This document shows positions 1 through 10,617 of a stretch of 64,000 nt of DNA, in pieces. The position numbers and the translations under genes are program-made. Each line of letters starts with the position of its first letter. Position 1 is the first letter of the stretch. This DNA comes from the human T2T-CHM13v2.0 reference genome, Homo sapiens. The notes under the pieces were generated by a model. The model was not told where the DNA came from, ran no database searches, and worked only from the letters and a program-made list of their open reading frames with translations. The DNA is taken from assembly GCF_009914755.1 (NCBI RefSeq), contig NC_060927.1; one strand, written 5' to 3'.

Positions 1-394
1 AAATTCAGAAAATTCAGATGAAATTCAGAAAAACTGACAACTGACTAGGGGTGGCAGGATGGCACAGCCCACTCCAAAATCTGGTAGACTCTGGTAGACT
101 CTTCAAGATTTCCTGGAAGACTCCTAGGCGGAGAACTAGCAACATCTTGATGCCACTGCTGCAGAAGTGGTAAGGGGAAGTCTTGGGAGGAGATAACTTC
201 CAGAAGGAAGACAAAGGGGCAGGGGTTTTGGAGCTAGATTAATGGCTGAAGATACGAAGAACCAGAACGCATATCTTTAAGATGTATGAGGGCCCTTTTC
301 CCCAAAAGAGGCAGACTGCGAATTAAACGCAATATAAATGAGGTTATCACAGTCCAGGTAGTCGTTTCTGAAGCCCTAGTCCTCAGTTCCCAAA

Positions 395-720
395 GAAACC
401 ACGTGCGCACTACCACCTAAAACTGCCAATGAAAATGAAGGTCCTGCGCAGTAAAATATTTATACAACTGCTGGGGCCACTAGGCTTCAGCGGGTGTGGA
501 GGCGGGGAGAGAGGAGGAGTAAAGGCTGTTTACAAACTTGACGTACACACGCAGTCCTATCCCTACGGTCCTGGAATTGGGGGTTACTATCTTGGAATCT
601 AGGGGCACTCCAGGCTCTGGGCTCAGACGGCTGGCTTCTGCCTACCCGAGCCTTAACCTTTCAAGGACCAGAAGGATTCCAGAGCTCTTGCCCTAGGTCC
701 TGGGGCAGCGATGACTCACT
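395..720 (+). promoter_or_regulatory. Candidate ADAMTS9-AS2 promoter motif cluster
   Basis: E-box CACGTG 400-405, CCAAT 426-430, GC-box GAGGCGGGG 499-507, forkhead TGTTTAC 527-533, CRE-like TGACGTA 539-545, AP-1 TGACTCA 712-718, at the edge of the CpG island. Confidence 0.5.
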
Positions 721-1002
721 GCAGCACCCCCTCCCACTTCGCCAAGCTGCCGTCTCCGCCCACCCCCAAACAATCTCGACAGCGCATTTCGGGAGCCACG
801 GCTCCGGGCGCTTTGCTGGGGGCTAAAGGGGTTTATCCCTTTCCTTGAATCCCAGCAGGCTAGAACTACCCCCTCCCAGTCTTCAGGCTTGCCACGCTCT
901 CCACCCGATCCTTCCATTGAAAGGCAGAGAAGGAAGGATGTGCTTGGGAACTTTAAGACCCACGAACGACAGCGCACTGATGGAGCAGCCCAGTGTCTGG
1001 GG
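530..1002 (+). ncRNA. ADAMTS9-AS2: Probable first exon of antisense lncRNA ADAMTS9-AS2 (5' end approximate; rest of window would be mostly its intron)
   Basis: Consensus donor GG|GTGAGT (GT at 1003-1004) downstream of a promoter-motif cluster; established locus architecture has AS2 starting in ADAMTS9 intron 2. The TSS itself cannot be read from sequence. Confidence 0.7.
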
Positions 1003-2231
1003 GTGAGTATCCAAGGCCCCGCTTAGAAAAGGGAGGGAGGGGCTGTGGGTGCTTCGGGAAGAATAAAGGCATCACCGGGCACAGTGCCTACGACCCCATT
1101 GCGCTTACAGCGCCGTGCGCTGGGAGAGACTGACCCGGGAAAGTTTCTGCGTCACACGCGCGTGGCAGAAACGCACGTCGCTTGGGAAAGTCAAGGACCA
1201 CCCTTGCTCGGGCCAGAACCGTACCGCAGCGACTCCTCAAATGTCGTGGAGAAGTGGGGGGCAGATGCCTTGTAAGATCCACTGGAGGGCACATGCGGGG
1301 GTCGACAGAGAGTCGGGGAACCAACGTGGATTCCCTGCTAAATGCTATTTGGCAGCGCAAGAAGGCGGCCTCCCCGCCCTGCCTCAGTCCCTAGGGAAAC
1401 GTGCGCCGCAGGCTCCCTCTCTCCACTCCCTGGAACCCGTGAGTAGTAGAAACCCCAGAGGAACCGAAATCACGTCCGGACAGCCTCTCCAGGCTGTCTC
1501 CCACTATCCCGTTTCTCCCGGCCACCCCGCCAGTAGGGTGCAGAGTTGGACTGCGCTGCACCCCCACTCTCGGTTCCACCCCAATTCAAAGCGTCCGGGG
1601 TAGGCTCCGCCTTCTCCCCCGCCCCCAGAGCCCTCGGCCCACCCTTCCGTTCCTGGGACGGGACCTGCTCCCTGTCAATCCAGTTCAGCCTCAGGGTTCC
1701 TGGCGCGTGAATAAAGGCCCTGAGAGAAAGCGGGGACTCTAGATTACGCACCGCCCTCCACAACACACACTGAAGGAACTCCCAGTGCCTTGGGCAGGGG
1801 ATCCTCAGCCCCACATCCCCGATGCAAGGCGCACCAATAAGGAGTCTGGTCCGCCCTGCGCTCAGCGGCTCCGCTCCCGGGTGGCCAAGTTTGCTGCAGG
1901 GAACCGCAACTCCAGTAACTTTCTCCGAGTTTGGAAACTGACTTCCAGGCCGCCTCGCAGCGTTGGGCAACGCGCCGCTGAACCGAGTCCAAACTCCAGA
2001 AAGCTCTGAAACATCCAGAAGCCCCTGGGGGCGGGTGTGTGCGCTCCACGCCAGTGTACTCGCACGCACAGAGCTAGCTACCCAAACCATACGAGTTTCT
2101 AGCTGATATTTAACGCCGGAGAGGAGCGGAGCCTCGCCACAGTGAGGGTCTCTAGGCTTAGAGGACAATTAAGTCTTCTAGAAGCGGGCGAGGAGGCGGA
2201 AGGGGAGAGGAGGTGGCGCGCGCCCACTTAC

Positions 2232-2632
2232 CATTCCTGAGCAGAGGCTGATGACGGCCGTGTGCTCGGAGTTGGTATTGACATAGCCTTTGTAGAAACA
2301 GTGCTTGAGTTCCGCTTCCTCTTCGGAATAAAACTTGGTCTGATTCACCCCGGGCGTCCCGAGGAGGGTGACAGTGAACAGTGGAGCGATAAATCCGGCA
2401 TTGGCGGTGAGATTAAATAGAAACTGCTGGCCGAAGGCAGAGAGGCGGTAATGCGCCTGGGAGGAGGTAGAGGAGGAAGAGGAGGAGGCGAAGGCAGGCC
2501 AGGGGTCAGTGGCAGAGTTAATGCTCCGTCGCGTTCTTTTGAAGTGGACGTTCGTGGGAAAGGGTTCTCCGAGAGCGTTCACTCGGATGGGAGACACGAT
2601 TTCGTATTCGCTCAGGGTCTCTAATAATTTCA
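2232..2632 (-). CDS. ADAMTS9: ADAMTS9 coding exon 2 (prodomain; furin site RTRR74, N-glycosylation sequons NLT and NQT)
   Basis: Acceptor CTTCTCTCCGCAG|TG, donor ATG|GTAAGT; 401 nt joins exon 1 in frame (115+401=516 nt=172 codons): [19 protein letters not shown]...HCFYKGYVN...AVISLCSGM, a typical ADAMTS prodomain. Confidence 0.98.
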
Positions 2633-2768
2633 CTGCGGAGAGAAGCAGAGGTATATGAACCAATAATTCATTTTTCCTTAAGCTTTAATTTAAAACGAAG
2701 GTGGGGACTTTGTTCTGACCTTATTTTCCAGCCCATTCGAGTCAATCCCTTCACCCTTAATCAGTGGA

Positions 2769-2835
2769 CAAATATTTGCTGAGCACCTACTATGTGCCAG
2801 TAACAGGACCTGTGCTAGGTGCTGAGGATACACTA
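2769..2835 (-). mobile_element. L2/MIR-type 3' end fragment in ADAMTS9 intron 1
   Basis: TTTGCTGAGCACCTACTATGTGCCAG...TGTGCTAGGTGCTGAGGATAC resembles the L2 terminus. Confidence 0.6.
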
Positions 2836-3206
2836 TTCCGAGCCAGACAATTAACAAGTCAAAATATATATGATTTCAGATATTGATAAATAACCTGAAT
2901 AAAATAAAACATGACGCTATCTGGTGCCCCCAATTACTAAGTTACTTTAGTTTGCGGCGTGGGAGTGGGGATGGGGATATATCTGGCAACAGCAAGGTAG
3001 GGGGGGGTTGCCTAAATTCGTTTCCATAGTGTCCCTCCCTAGCAATTGGTTGGGGATGACCCAAAGAAGGGAGAGGCTGCAAAGCGGGAGATAATTCTTT
3101 CTAGGAAAAGGAGAGAAGCCTCCGCTGCGGGGTGCCCCTGCCCAGGAGCGAGGACCGGGAGGCGGCGTCGGGGCCGGCGGGGTCCCGGGGGCCGGAGCCT
3201 GGTTAC

Positions 3207-3321
3207 CTTGCCTCGGGTGCAGCCTGTCCTTGCGCACGGCCGCCGCGGCGTCTGGGCTCCCCATCTCGGCCAGGTCCCGCACCAGGAGCGTTAGCAGTGT
3301 GGCCCAGGATACAAACTGCAT
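3207..3321 (-). CDS. ADAMTS9: ADAMTS9 coding exon 1 (signal peptide and start of prodomain, codons 1-38 +1 nt)
   Basis: Translates [38 protein letters not shown], the ADAMTS9 N-terminus; ATG at 3321 in Kozak context GCACCATGC; donor CAAG|GTAACC (GT at 3206-3205); 115 nt, phase 1. Confidence 0.98.
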
Positions 3322-3449
3322 GGTGCTTCCCACCCCTCCCTCCGCTGCCCCCACCCCCCTCCCTCCTGCCCTCCTTGGCTGCGGCGGCGACGCGAGGCAG
3401 CGGCCGTGGAGAGCGCGCGGAGCCCGGCGCCCGCCGCCAACTTTTGACT

Positions 3450-3599
3450 TTAGGAGTCGCTGAGGTCTCGCTGCGAGGGTCCCGTCTGCGCTCGGCTGAG
3501 CAACGCCGCCGCCTGCCGAGAGCTGAGCCGCTCGGGCCGCAGGAGGAGCCGGAGGAGCAGGAGGAGGAGGAGGACTGGGGCTCGGCTGCTTGGCCGCAT
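3450..3599 (-). other. Candidate uORF (49 aa) in ADAMTS9 5' leader
   Basis: ATG at 3599 (GGCATTATGC, A at -3), TAA at 3452-3450, out of frame with the main ATG; applies only if the TSS is upstream of 3599. Confidence 0.5.
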
Positions 3600-3994
3600 A
3601 ATGCCCAGCGAGCGGGCAGGAGAAGGCGAGGAACTTGCGCTCCGAGGCGCGCCGGGCGCCCTGTGCTGGCCGGGATAGCTGAGCGGCTTCTTGAATGGGG
3701 GGCTGGGGGGGCGGAGGCGGGGGGGCCGCGGGTCCACAGCCTCTCAAATGCCCCCGGTGCACGCCTCTAAGAGGAGGAGAGGGGAGGAGAAAGCGAGACG
3801 AACGGGGACCGCCTCCTTCCAGACCATGTCCCCTCCTCGGCCGGCCCGTGCGGGACTCGCAGCCGGAGGCCCTGCCGGCTGCAAGAGGCGGAGGCCAGAG
3901 GCGTCACCAGCGCCGGGGCAGCTGTTCCTGGTCCCCGCCACCTCGCTGAAGTGGGGTTTTCTGAGATTCCCTGCCCCGGGGAGGGAAAGCAGGG

Positions 3995-4330
3995 AAAGTT
4001 CTCTCCCTTTCCTGGCGCGCGTGCAGCCACTTCCCCTCTCGTCTTTTTCCTCTCCTCTCCTCTCTCTCCTCCCTTCCGAGTCTCTTTTTCCTCCTCCCCC
4101 TTGTCTCTCTGCTGCTGTGCCTCTCGGACTCTGTCCCTTCTCCCCATTTTCCCCTGTGATGTCTGTCTTCTCCCCGCCCCACCGTGTCCCTGTCTGTTTC
4201 TCACATTTCTCCTTTTCCTTTCCTTTCTCTTCCGTCCCCATCTCTTGCCACCAGTCCCCTTCTTTTGGTTTCTTACAAGTGAAAGTGGCCCAGCGCCGGA
4301 GCGCCTTCCCTTCCTACACTTTTTCATTCG
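3995..4330 (+). repeat. Polypyrimidine/polypurine low-complexity tract upstream of the ADAMTS9 TSS
   Basis: Long C/T-rich stretch (CTCTC/CCTTT runs). Confidence 0.8.
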
Positions 4331-4769
4331 GGAGGAGATTTGGCACCTGAGCTCCGCTCTCGATTTAATCACCCCAAGTCAAGAGTTTTAGAAATGGGGT
4401 TCTTAATCCTGCAGGTCGGAGTGTGTTTCTAATACGTGGTCTCTTGAAAATTTCGCAAAATATTTAAGCTGTGCTTTCCACCAACCTCTGTCACCATTCA
4501 TGGAGGGTCCATAGCATTCTGTAGGTCCCCTGCCCCAAAAAAGGTTAAGAACAAATTTTGGCAGCAAGAAGGGGCGGGGACTCTGGTGCCCCTCACTACC
4601 AGGGGGTTTAGAGATGGGAGGGGAAGGGGGGATGGAGTGTAAAGTTGTAGATCCCTGTGGGAGGCACCAGTCCCTGGAGGGATTTCTCAATCACTTCCGC
4701 TTGCTTTCAGCCTGAGAGATGCTTGGAAAGACTGGGAAAGACTGAAAGCAGGCGCTTCAAGCTACACCT

Positions 4770-4771
<2 letters not shown>

Positions 4772-4810
<39 letters not shown>
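4772..4810. repeat. (GT)19 microsatellite in the ADAMTS9 promoter region
   Basis: Perfect dinucleotide run. Confidence 0.98.
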
Positions 4811-4813
<3 letters not shown>

Positions 4814-5842
4814 TGTTCAATCTTGGGTGGTTCAGTGGCGCCTTTTCTTTAACCAGCCCTCAGGAAGATAGAATTTCAAGATAATTTCAAGAGGAAAGAC
4901 ATGACAATATCGTTAAAAATATATAAATATATGACTAATAAATATATATTTGCCCAAGTATCCTAGAACGGGGGTTGAGGTTCTGTTGCGTGGTAGGTTA
5001 GCACTCAGGACTAGAAATACCAAAGATTGCCAACACCAGGAACCAAATCGCAATATGCTAGCAATGTCAACTATTCTTGAGATACTAATACATATATTTC
5101 TTCTGGTGAAGGGTAAAAATGACTTGGCAAGACGAATTTGCTAAATAATTGTTAACCCAAATTGATAATGTTACCATCGTCTTATTACTGGAATTTCATA
5201 ATGGATATGTAAAATGTAAGGATGGAAAAATAACATCTGTATTGTGCACAATTAGAGATTTTTAGAGAATGGCATTTAAACCTTGAACCTCCAAATTAAT
5301 TCACTAAAATACGTTTCTTCTAATACACAATCTTTCTTTTTATTATAACAACATTCCCCACAATCACAGTGTCTGGGAGTTGCTGAAAATTTAGTAAGGA
5401 ACAGAAAAATATCAAGAAATCAATCTATTGGCTGATTCCTGTGGAAAATATTCCAGTACTTCCATTGTAAAATTACTCAAAAATATAGCACTTTCCAGTA
5501 TTTCCCATTAAATCTTTTTTTCTCTTTCAGTTCAAATCCTTCCTGACAAAGAGAAGTTAACTAATGGTATAGAAATTACGATATGTAGGGACAGAAGCCT
5601 CCTTTGTGTACTCTCTCTCCTTTGCTTTCTTTCTAGGACTTTGCTTGAAGAATGAACTTTGTCTACAGTTTTAAAAAATTGATCCACAAGAGCTGATAGG
5701 CCAGAAAGATACAAAATATCTCTTGGTGAACTCCTGAGGTGACCAAGAACCTAGGTTTATGAATTTCTCATCCTTAGTGAGTCTACCCATCTTTTCTTCA
5801 GTGTATTAGCTGGCTTCTGCATTTACATCTGTAAAAAAGTCT

Positions 5843-5939
5843 TAAAGAATCTTAGGAAAATGTCTTTTAAATCGTGAGACATGAAAAAGACAGTTGAGCT
5901 AACTAAGCAAGTCAGGCAAAAATCTTTTGTCTGAATAAT
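5843..5939 (+). repeat. Copy 1 of a 97-bp diverged direct repeat (copy 2 at 7109-7205)
   Basis: Ungapped manual alignment, 76/97 identical. Confidence 0.85.
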
Positions 5940-5959
5940 TACTCTTTGTCTAAATAAGT

Positions 5960-6170
5960 ACTCTTATTCAGTACTTACCATGGGGTAACATATAGCATTT
6001 AATTTAATTCTCAAAACAGCTCTTTCAGGAAGTCAGTGTCAGTAATCTCATTTTACCAATAAGGATACCGAGATCTGAATAAGTGAAATAATTTGACCCC
6101 CCTCAATCCAGTAAGTGAGAGACACGATTCAAACTCCGTTTCAGTCGTTCAATCCAAGTTCATAACTATT
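5960..6170 (-). mobile_element. MIR SINE
   Basis: Degenerate MIR core CTCATTTTACCAATAAGGATACCGAGATCTGA. Confidence 0.6.
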
Positions 6171-6432
6171 ATCATATGTCATGAATAACTGATTAATCAG
6201 AAGCACTGCTAGATTTTTGGAGGGTTGCTTTGTGGGAAAATGGCTAAAATCATTCAGAGAATTGCCTCAAGCTTTTATTGCATGTATAACTTTTCTTTAG
6301 CTCTCTCTTATTCTTCTCATGCAAAGTATTTAATGAAAATCATGTCAGCGATTTCATTGATATTTCACAGCTTTTCCCTCAGCAGTTAGAAGAGATCTGG
6401 CACATAGTAGGTAGTCAATAAGTATTTATTAA

Positions 6433-6596
6433 GACTAGGCATGGTGGCTCACACCTGTAATCCTAGCACTTTGGAAGGTTGAGGTGGGAGGATTGCATGA
6501 GGTCAGTTCAGCGGTTCAAGACCAGCCTTGGCAACATAGCAACCCCTTGTCTCTACAAAAAAAGAGAAAAGAAATAATAAAATGAAATAAAATAAA
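6433..6596 (+). mobile_element. FLAM_C / Alu left monomer with A-rich tail
   Basis: GGCATGGTGGCTCACACCTGTAATCC...GTCTCTAC followed by an A-tail; no right arm. Confidence 0.85.
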
Positions 6597-7108
6597 TTGG
6601 CCCCTCATAAAAATTTGCTCTGAAAGAAGCAAACCTTTTCAAGGTCACCTGGAGTTAAAGGAGGGACAGTTTTTAGCCCGTTTTCTTCGTGGGACTTTAC
6701 TGGAATTGAATGGTATTGTAGGTTAAGTGGAAGTATTCATTGGCTGATTCGTCATGAAAATTAGATCCCAGAGGAGTGATGAATGATATTAGTCACTAGG
6801 GAGAGATAATCCGGCCAATGGAAATGACAGTGATGACATCACAAATGACTCTGTTTGCCTAATGCCACTGGAAACAGCAGGAAGGAGAGTTGAAGCAAAG
6901 CCATCAATTTCCACAGAAAGGGGAAACCCACACCCAAATGGTAGGGAGGGCCCAGGAGCCAGAATTCAAGTGAATAGTTTCCTGAGTGGTCAGCAGCGTC
7001 AGGTGATTTGGGGAACAGATAAGCCCCTGGTACTTGGTAGCACTGCATTCTGGTCAGTGAATCACCAAGCTGGGACCTGGTGCTGGCTGAGCTCTGTGAC
7101 CTTGGGCC

Positions 7109-7205
7109 TAAAGAATCTTAGGGAGATGTGTTTTACATGACAAGAAATGAAAAGGACAATTGTGCTAACTAAATAATTTGGGTTCCAATCTTTTGTCTGA
7201 ATAAT
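7109..7205 (+). repeat. Copy 2 of a 97-bp diverged direct repeat (copy 1 at 5843-5939)
   Basis: Ungapped manual alignment, 76/97 identical. Confidence 0.85.
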
Positions 7206-7429
7206 AATAATGAGAATCTTTTCTTGAGTACTTACTATGTACCAGACCATGTGTACTATGTCCTCTCTGATCCGGTTTCCTATTTGCAGACTGCAGCAGG
7301 TAGAAACTGTGTTGTCTTTGTTTGCCCTGTGAGTGAATGACCTTAGTGTATTTTTTAAAAGTCTTCTAACTACTGACTTCAAGCAACAGGTACTGTAGAG
7401 AAAGTAGTTTGTATCATTATTGATAATAA

Positions 7430-7640
7430 CAGTAGATTCCCTTCATTGAGTTCTTTGTGCTAATTATTCAATCCTCATAGCTATCCTGCCATCTGGGTTT
7501 TACCCTCCTCATTTTACTTACAATGAAAATAAGACCCAGCAAAATTAAAGTGACTTTGCCTGGCATTATGGAGTCAGAATGTGCAGTTGGGATTTACACT
7601 GGGGTCCAGTTACCTCCAAAGCTTGTGATCTCCATTAATC
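7430..7640 (-). mobile_element. MIR SINE
   Basis: Degenerate MIR core CTCATTTTAC...AATGAAAATAAGACCCAG. Confidence 0.55.
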
Positions 7641-8515
7641 AGAGCAGCCTAGTAACATAAAGACTGTCGCCTAATTGAGCTTCATCATTCAGCATTTATA
7701 TTTGGCCTGATGAATACCATCTGTGAGAACATCATTTTTTCTTCTAATGCTAAATCTAAAGTTCTAACTAGCTTTTCTTGACCCTACTCTGAAAGTCATA
7801 GTTCCACTTTGGAGGTGGCTCTGTATAGCTCATGACCAGCTTATAGCAGTTCTACGAAGGTGATCCGATCTTCAGCCTGTTCACTCAGCAGGAGCTCCTT
7901 GTTGACTTGTCATTCTAGAAGACCATACTCACATTATTGCTCAGGCTTTAAAACTCCATATGCATCCCACTAATCTTTCCTTTGACTGTATTCTTAGGGC
8001 TTCAAATCCTTTTTCTCCTCCCTCTACTATCCTTGAAATGAGAGCTTCACACCTGGGGTTCAACATCATAACTACAAATGGAATTCAGAAGTGCTAGGCT
8101 TCTAGCTTTGATCCAAACTACTTCCAAACTGCAGCCAAATTAGCAACACAATGTGTGCAAATACAATTTTATTATTCTCTAAAAGTGCACATTTGATGTA
8201 GACAATTGTTAAATATATGGCATCTTTAACTAGCGGGGAATCTGATAACTCTAGGAGTATTTTGAGTCATGCCAGAGTGCTTTATGCTCCCTGAGTCCAG
8301 AATTTTCCCTTTCCTAGTTTGGTTCACATGTGTTGTTGTGTTTTGGTGTCCTTTGTTAGTCTTTAAGGTACACAAGGGCAAAGGACAAATCTATTTTCTC
8401 CATGGTTACATAGTAGGCACTTCACAAATATACCTTAAATGAGCTTACTGTTGCCGCTAATTTGGTTCTAGTTTTCAGAGCCAGGTTTTTTGTTTTTAAT
8501 TTAGAAAAGCCATTC

Positions 8516-8519
<4 letters not shown>

Positions 8520-8557
<38 letters not shown>
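8520..8557. repeat. (CA)18 microsatellite
   Basis: Perfect run. Confidence 0.97.
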
Positions 8558-8559
<2 letters not shown>

Positions 8560-9439
8560 CCCAGGAATGATTGAAGTAATTTCTGTTTCTTACTGTATTA
8601 TTATTACTCTTAGGAGGCAAGTCCTGCTTTAATCAGAATCATCATGATTCCTTTTTTCTGGAATGAGACATTTCCAGAGCTAGGCTTTCCCCAGTGGGTA
8701 CTTCAGGATCATGAGTAACAAGGCACAGGGCCTCCCTTAATTGCTGAGCACAGCAAGTAAGAGTTACACCTATGCTGTGGGCAGTTTTGGTATCCTTTGC
8801 GGGTCCTAAAGAGAAGGTAATAATGGTTTCCTGCCTCATAGGGATGTTATGAAAATGACTTGATCAATGAAAGTGTTGGCTTAGTGCCTGGCATACAGGA
8901 AGTAAGAATGTTCAAATCAGCGGGCTTATGTGAACCCACCCACTAGTCAAGGGAGAGTGGCTCCTGACTCCTGACCCAGAGAGCCGCTAGCAGACTAGCT
9001 TTCCTTTCTCAGTTAACCTCCCCACAACCCCACTCCATAACCAATTTATGGGCCTTTCTCCCCTAGAAAAGAAAAAAAACAAAAACAAAAACAGCCATTT
9101 GTGTGCAAATGGGTATGTATTTTTTCATACTCATCTTTACTGTTAGCCCTTCATCCCTCTACAAAATGTTTAATGTTTTAAACAGATTTACTCCCTACAG
9201 TCTGCTTGGGTTAGTAGTTTATATAGATTTAATTTAGCATTTTCTCAAGTACTGGGCTTTTTTTCTGGCAGAATTTTTCAAATAGCCAAAACATAATTTT
9301 CCCTCTGAATATTAAAAAACACCAACAAAAAAGATTTTTACACGACAAATAATTTTTACATATGCAAAAAAGTAATTTTCAAAAGTAAGCACTTCTGCCA
9401 GATGATGCTTAATAAGTCTGTCCTAATGGTATTTATCTT

Positions 9440-9650
9440 AATGCTTACTTTCAGGAACAGTGGATAATACCATATTCAGTCCCCCTGACAACCCCCTGAA
9501 ACAGGTAATGTCATTAGTCCTACTTTCTGGAGGAAATGAAGGCACAGAGAAGATAAGTAACTTGCCTGAGGTTGCACAGCCAATATGCAGCTGAGTAGGA
9601 GTTGAGTGCTAGGCTGTTGGATTTCAGAGCCTGCCCTCTTAAATTGCTAC
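9440..9650 (-). mobile_element. MIR SINE
   Basis: GAGGAAATGAAGGCACAGAGAAGATAAGTAACTTGCCTGAGGTTGCACAGC core. Confidence 0.7.
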
Positions 9651-10617
9651 GTGACATTGACTCTCATATGTATTTATGTTTTATCAAGCTTAATATAGGA
9701 TAAATTGTCGTGCTTAGGGATGTAGTCTCAAAGAGTGGAAATTCAGACATTAGTAGAAATTCAGGTATCAGGACAGTTGGGGACCAGGAGGCCAAAAGGG
9801 GGTATGGTTTAGGCAGTCATTCACAGATGTGGGATTCTGGATATCAGGACAACTGGAGTTGAGGAGAATGTCTTCCCAGCATCCCAAACCACTCATTCGC
9901 CTAACAATTAGACTGGCCCTTGGGAGCACTATTCTTCTTCATTGGTCTCATTGCCACAACCATTCTCACAAACTCCCATTGCCCTCAGCTCAGCCCAAGG
10001 CTTTGTATTGTTCAGGCTGTGCTGTGGGCCCTGCTCTAAAAATAGCATATGGCAAAGAGGCCTGTCTTGTAGTTGCAAAAGTGGTGTAGGATTTGAATTC
10101 CCCATGATGAGCTAATTTGGGGGCCCACTACAAAGATTTTCAGAAAACTTTTCAAAATAATCTCAACTACTGTGACTACGGAACACAATGGCAAGGGGCT
10201 GGGAGCAGGAAATAATACCTTCATTATCCAAACTAATGTGCATACATTTGAAATGTACAAAAAAGTAGATGTGTTGCATGTGACAACTCGACCTGGTAAT
10301 GAGGTTTTGGGGCATCACATCAATGCTAGTTGTAAATACTGTATTTGCCATGTACTGCCTTTGGATTAATTAGCATCCATAACATAAAATAAGTTGTTTC
10401 CTGAAATGTAAACCTAGCAATTAGCGCTTCATCAAGTCCCTATCAGATGTTAGAAAAAAAATTGGTTTTGCAGTTGTTTTTTTCACCCAAAACAAGTCTG
10501 ACAGTACATATTGGTGGCATTCACAGCAACATAACGGTAATAAACTTCAGCTACTGTTGGGCTCTTTGTAAGCGGTACAGTTACCAAAAGCGAGAGTTTG
10601 GAAGTATGGTTTTCTTT

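Larger units (their letters stand above)
380..4460. promoter_or_regulatory. CpG island complex covering the ADAMTS9 promoter, exons 1-2 and the AS2 start (AT-rich gap ~2650-2950)
   Basis: Very high GC and CpG density compared with the CpG-depleted remainder; many GC-boxes at 3695-3730. Confidence 0.9.

Noticed and set aside
1-102. Short repeats (AAATTCAGA x3, CTGGTAGACT x2) as a possible array
   Set aside because: Ordinary slippage duplications without spacer structure; not CRISPR-like.
1045-2168. Overlapping ORFs of 62-232 aa in intron 2
   Set aside because: CpG-island composition suppresses stops in all frames; no recognisable domain; several use non-ATG starts.
2947-3762. 271-aa ORF as a stand-alone protein
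   Set aside because: It is the 5' leader, ADAMTS9 exon 1 and intron-1 read-through; it starts at GTG and only 3207-3321 is supported as coding.
3691-4391. Long ORFs on both strands (146-219 aa)
   Set aside because: Translations of the low-complexity purine/pyrimidine tract.
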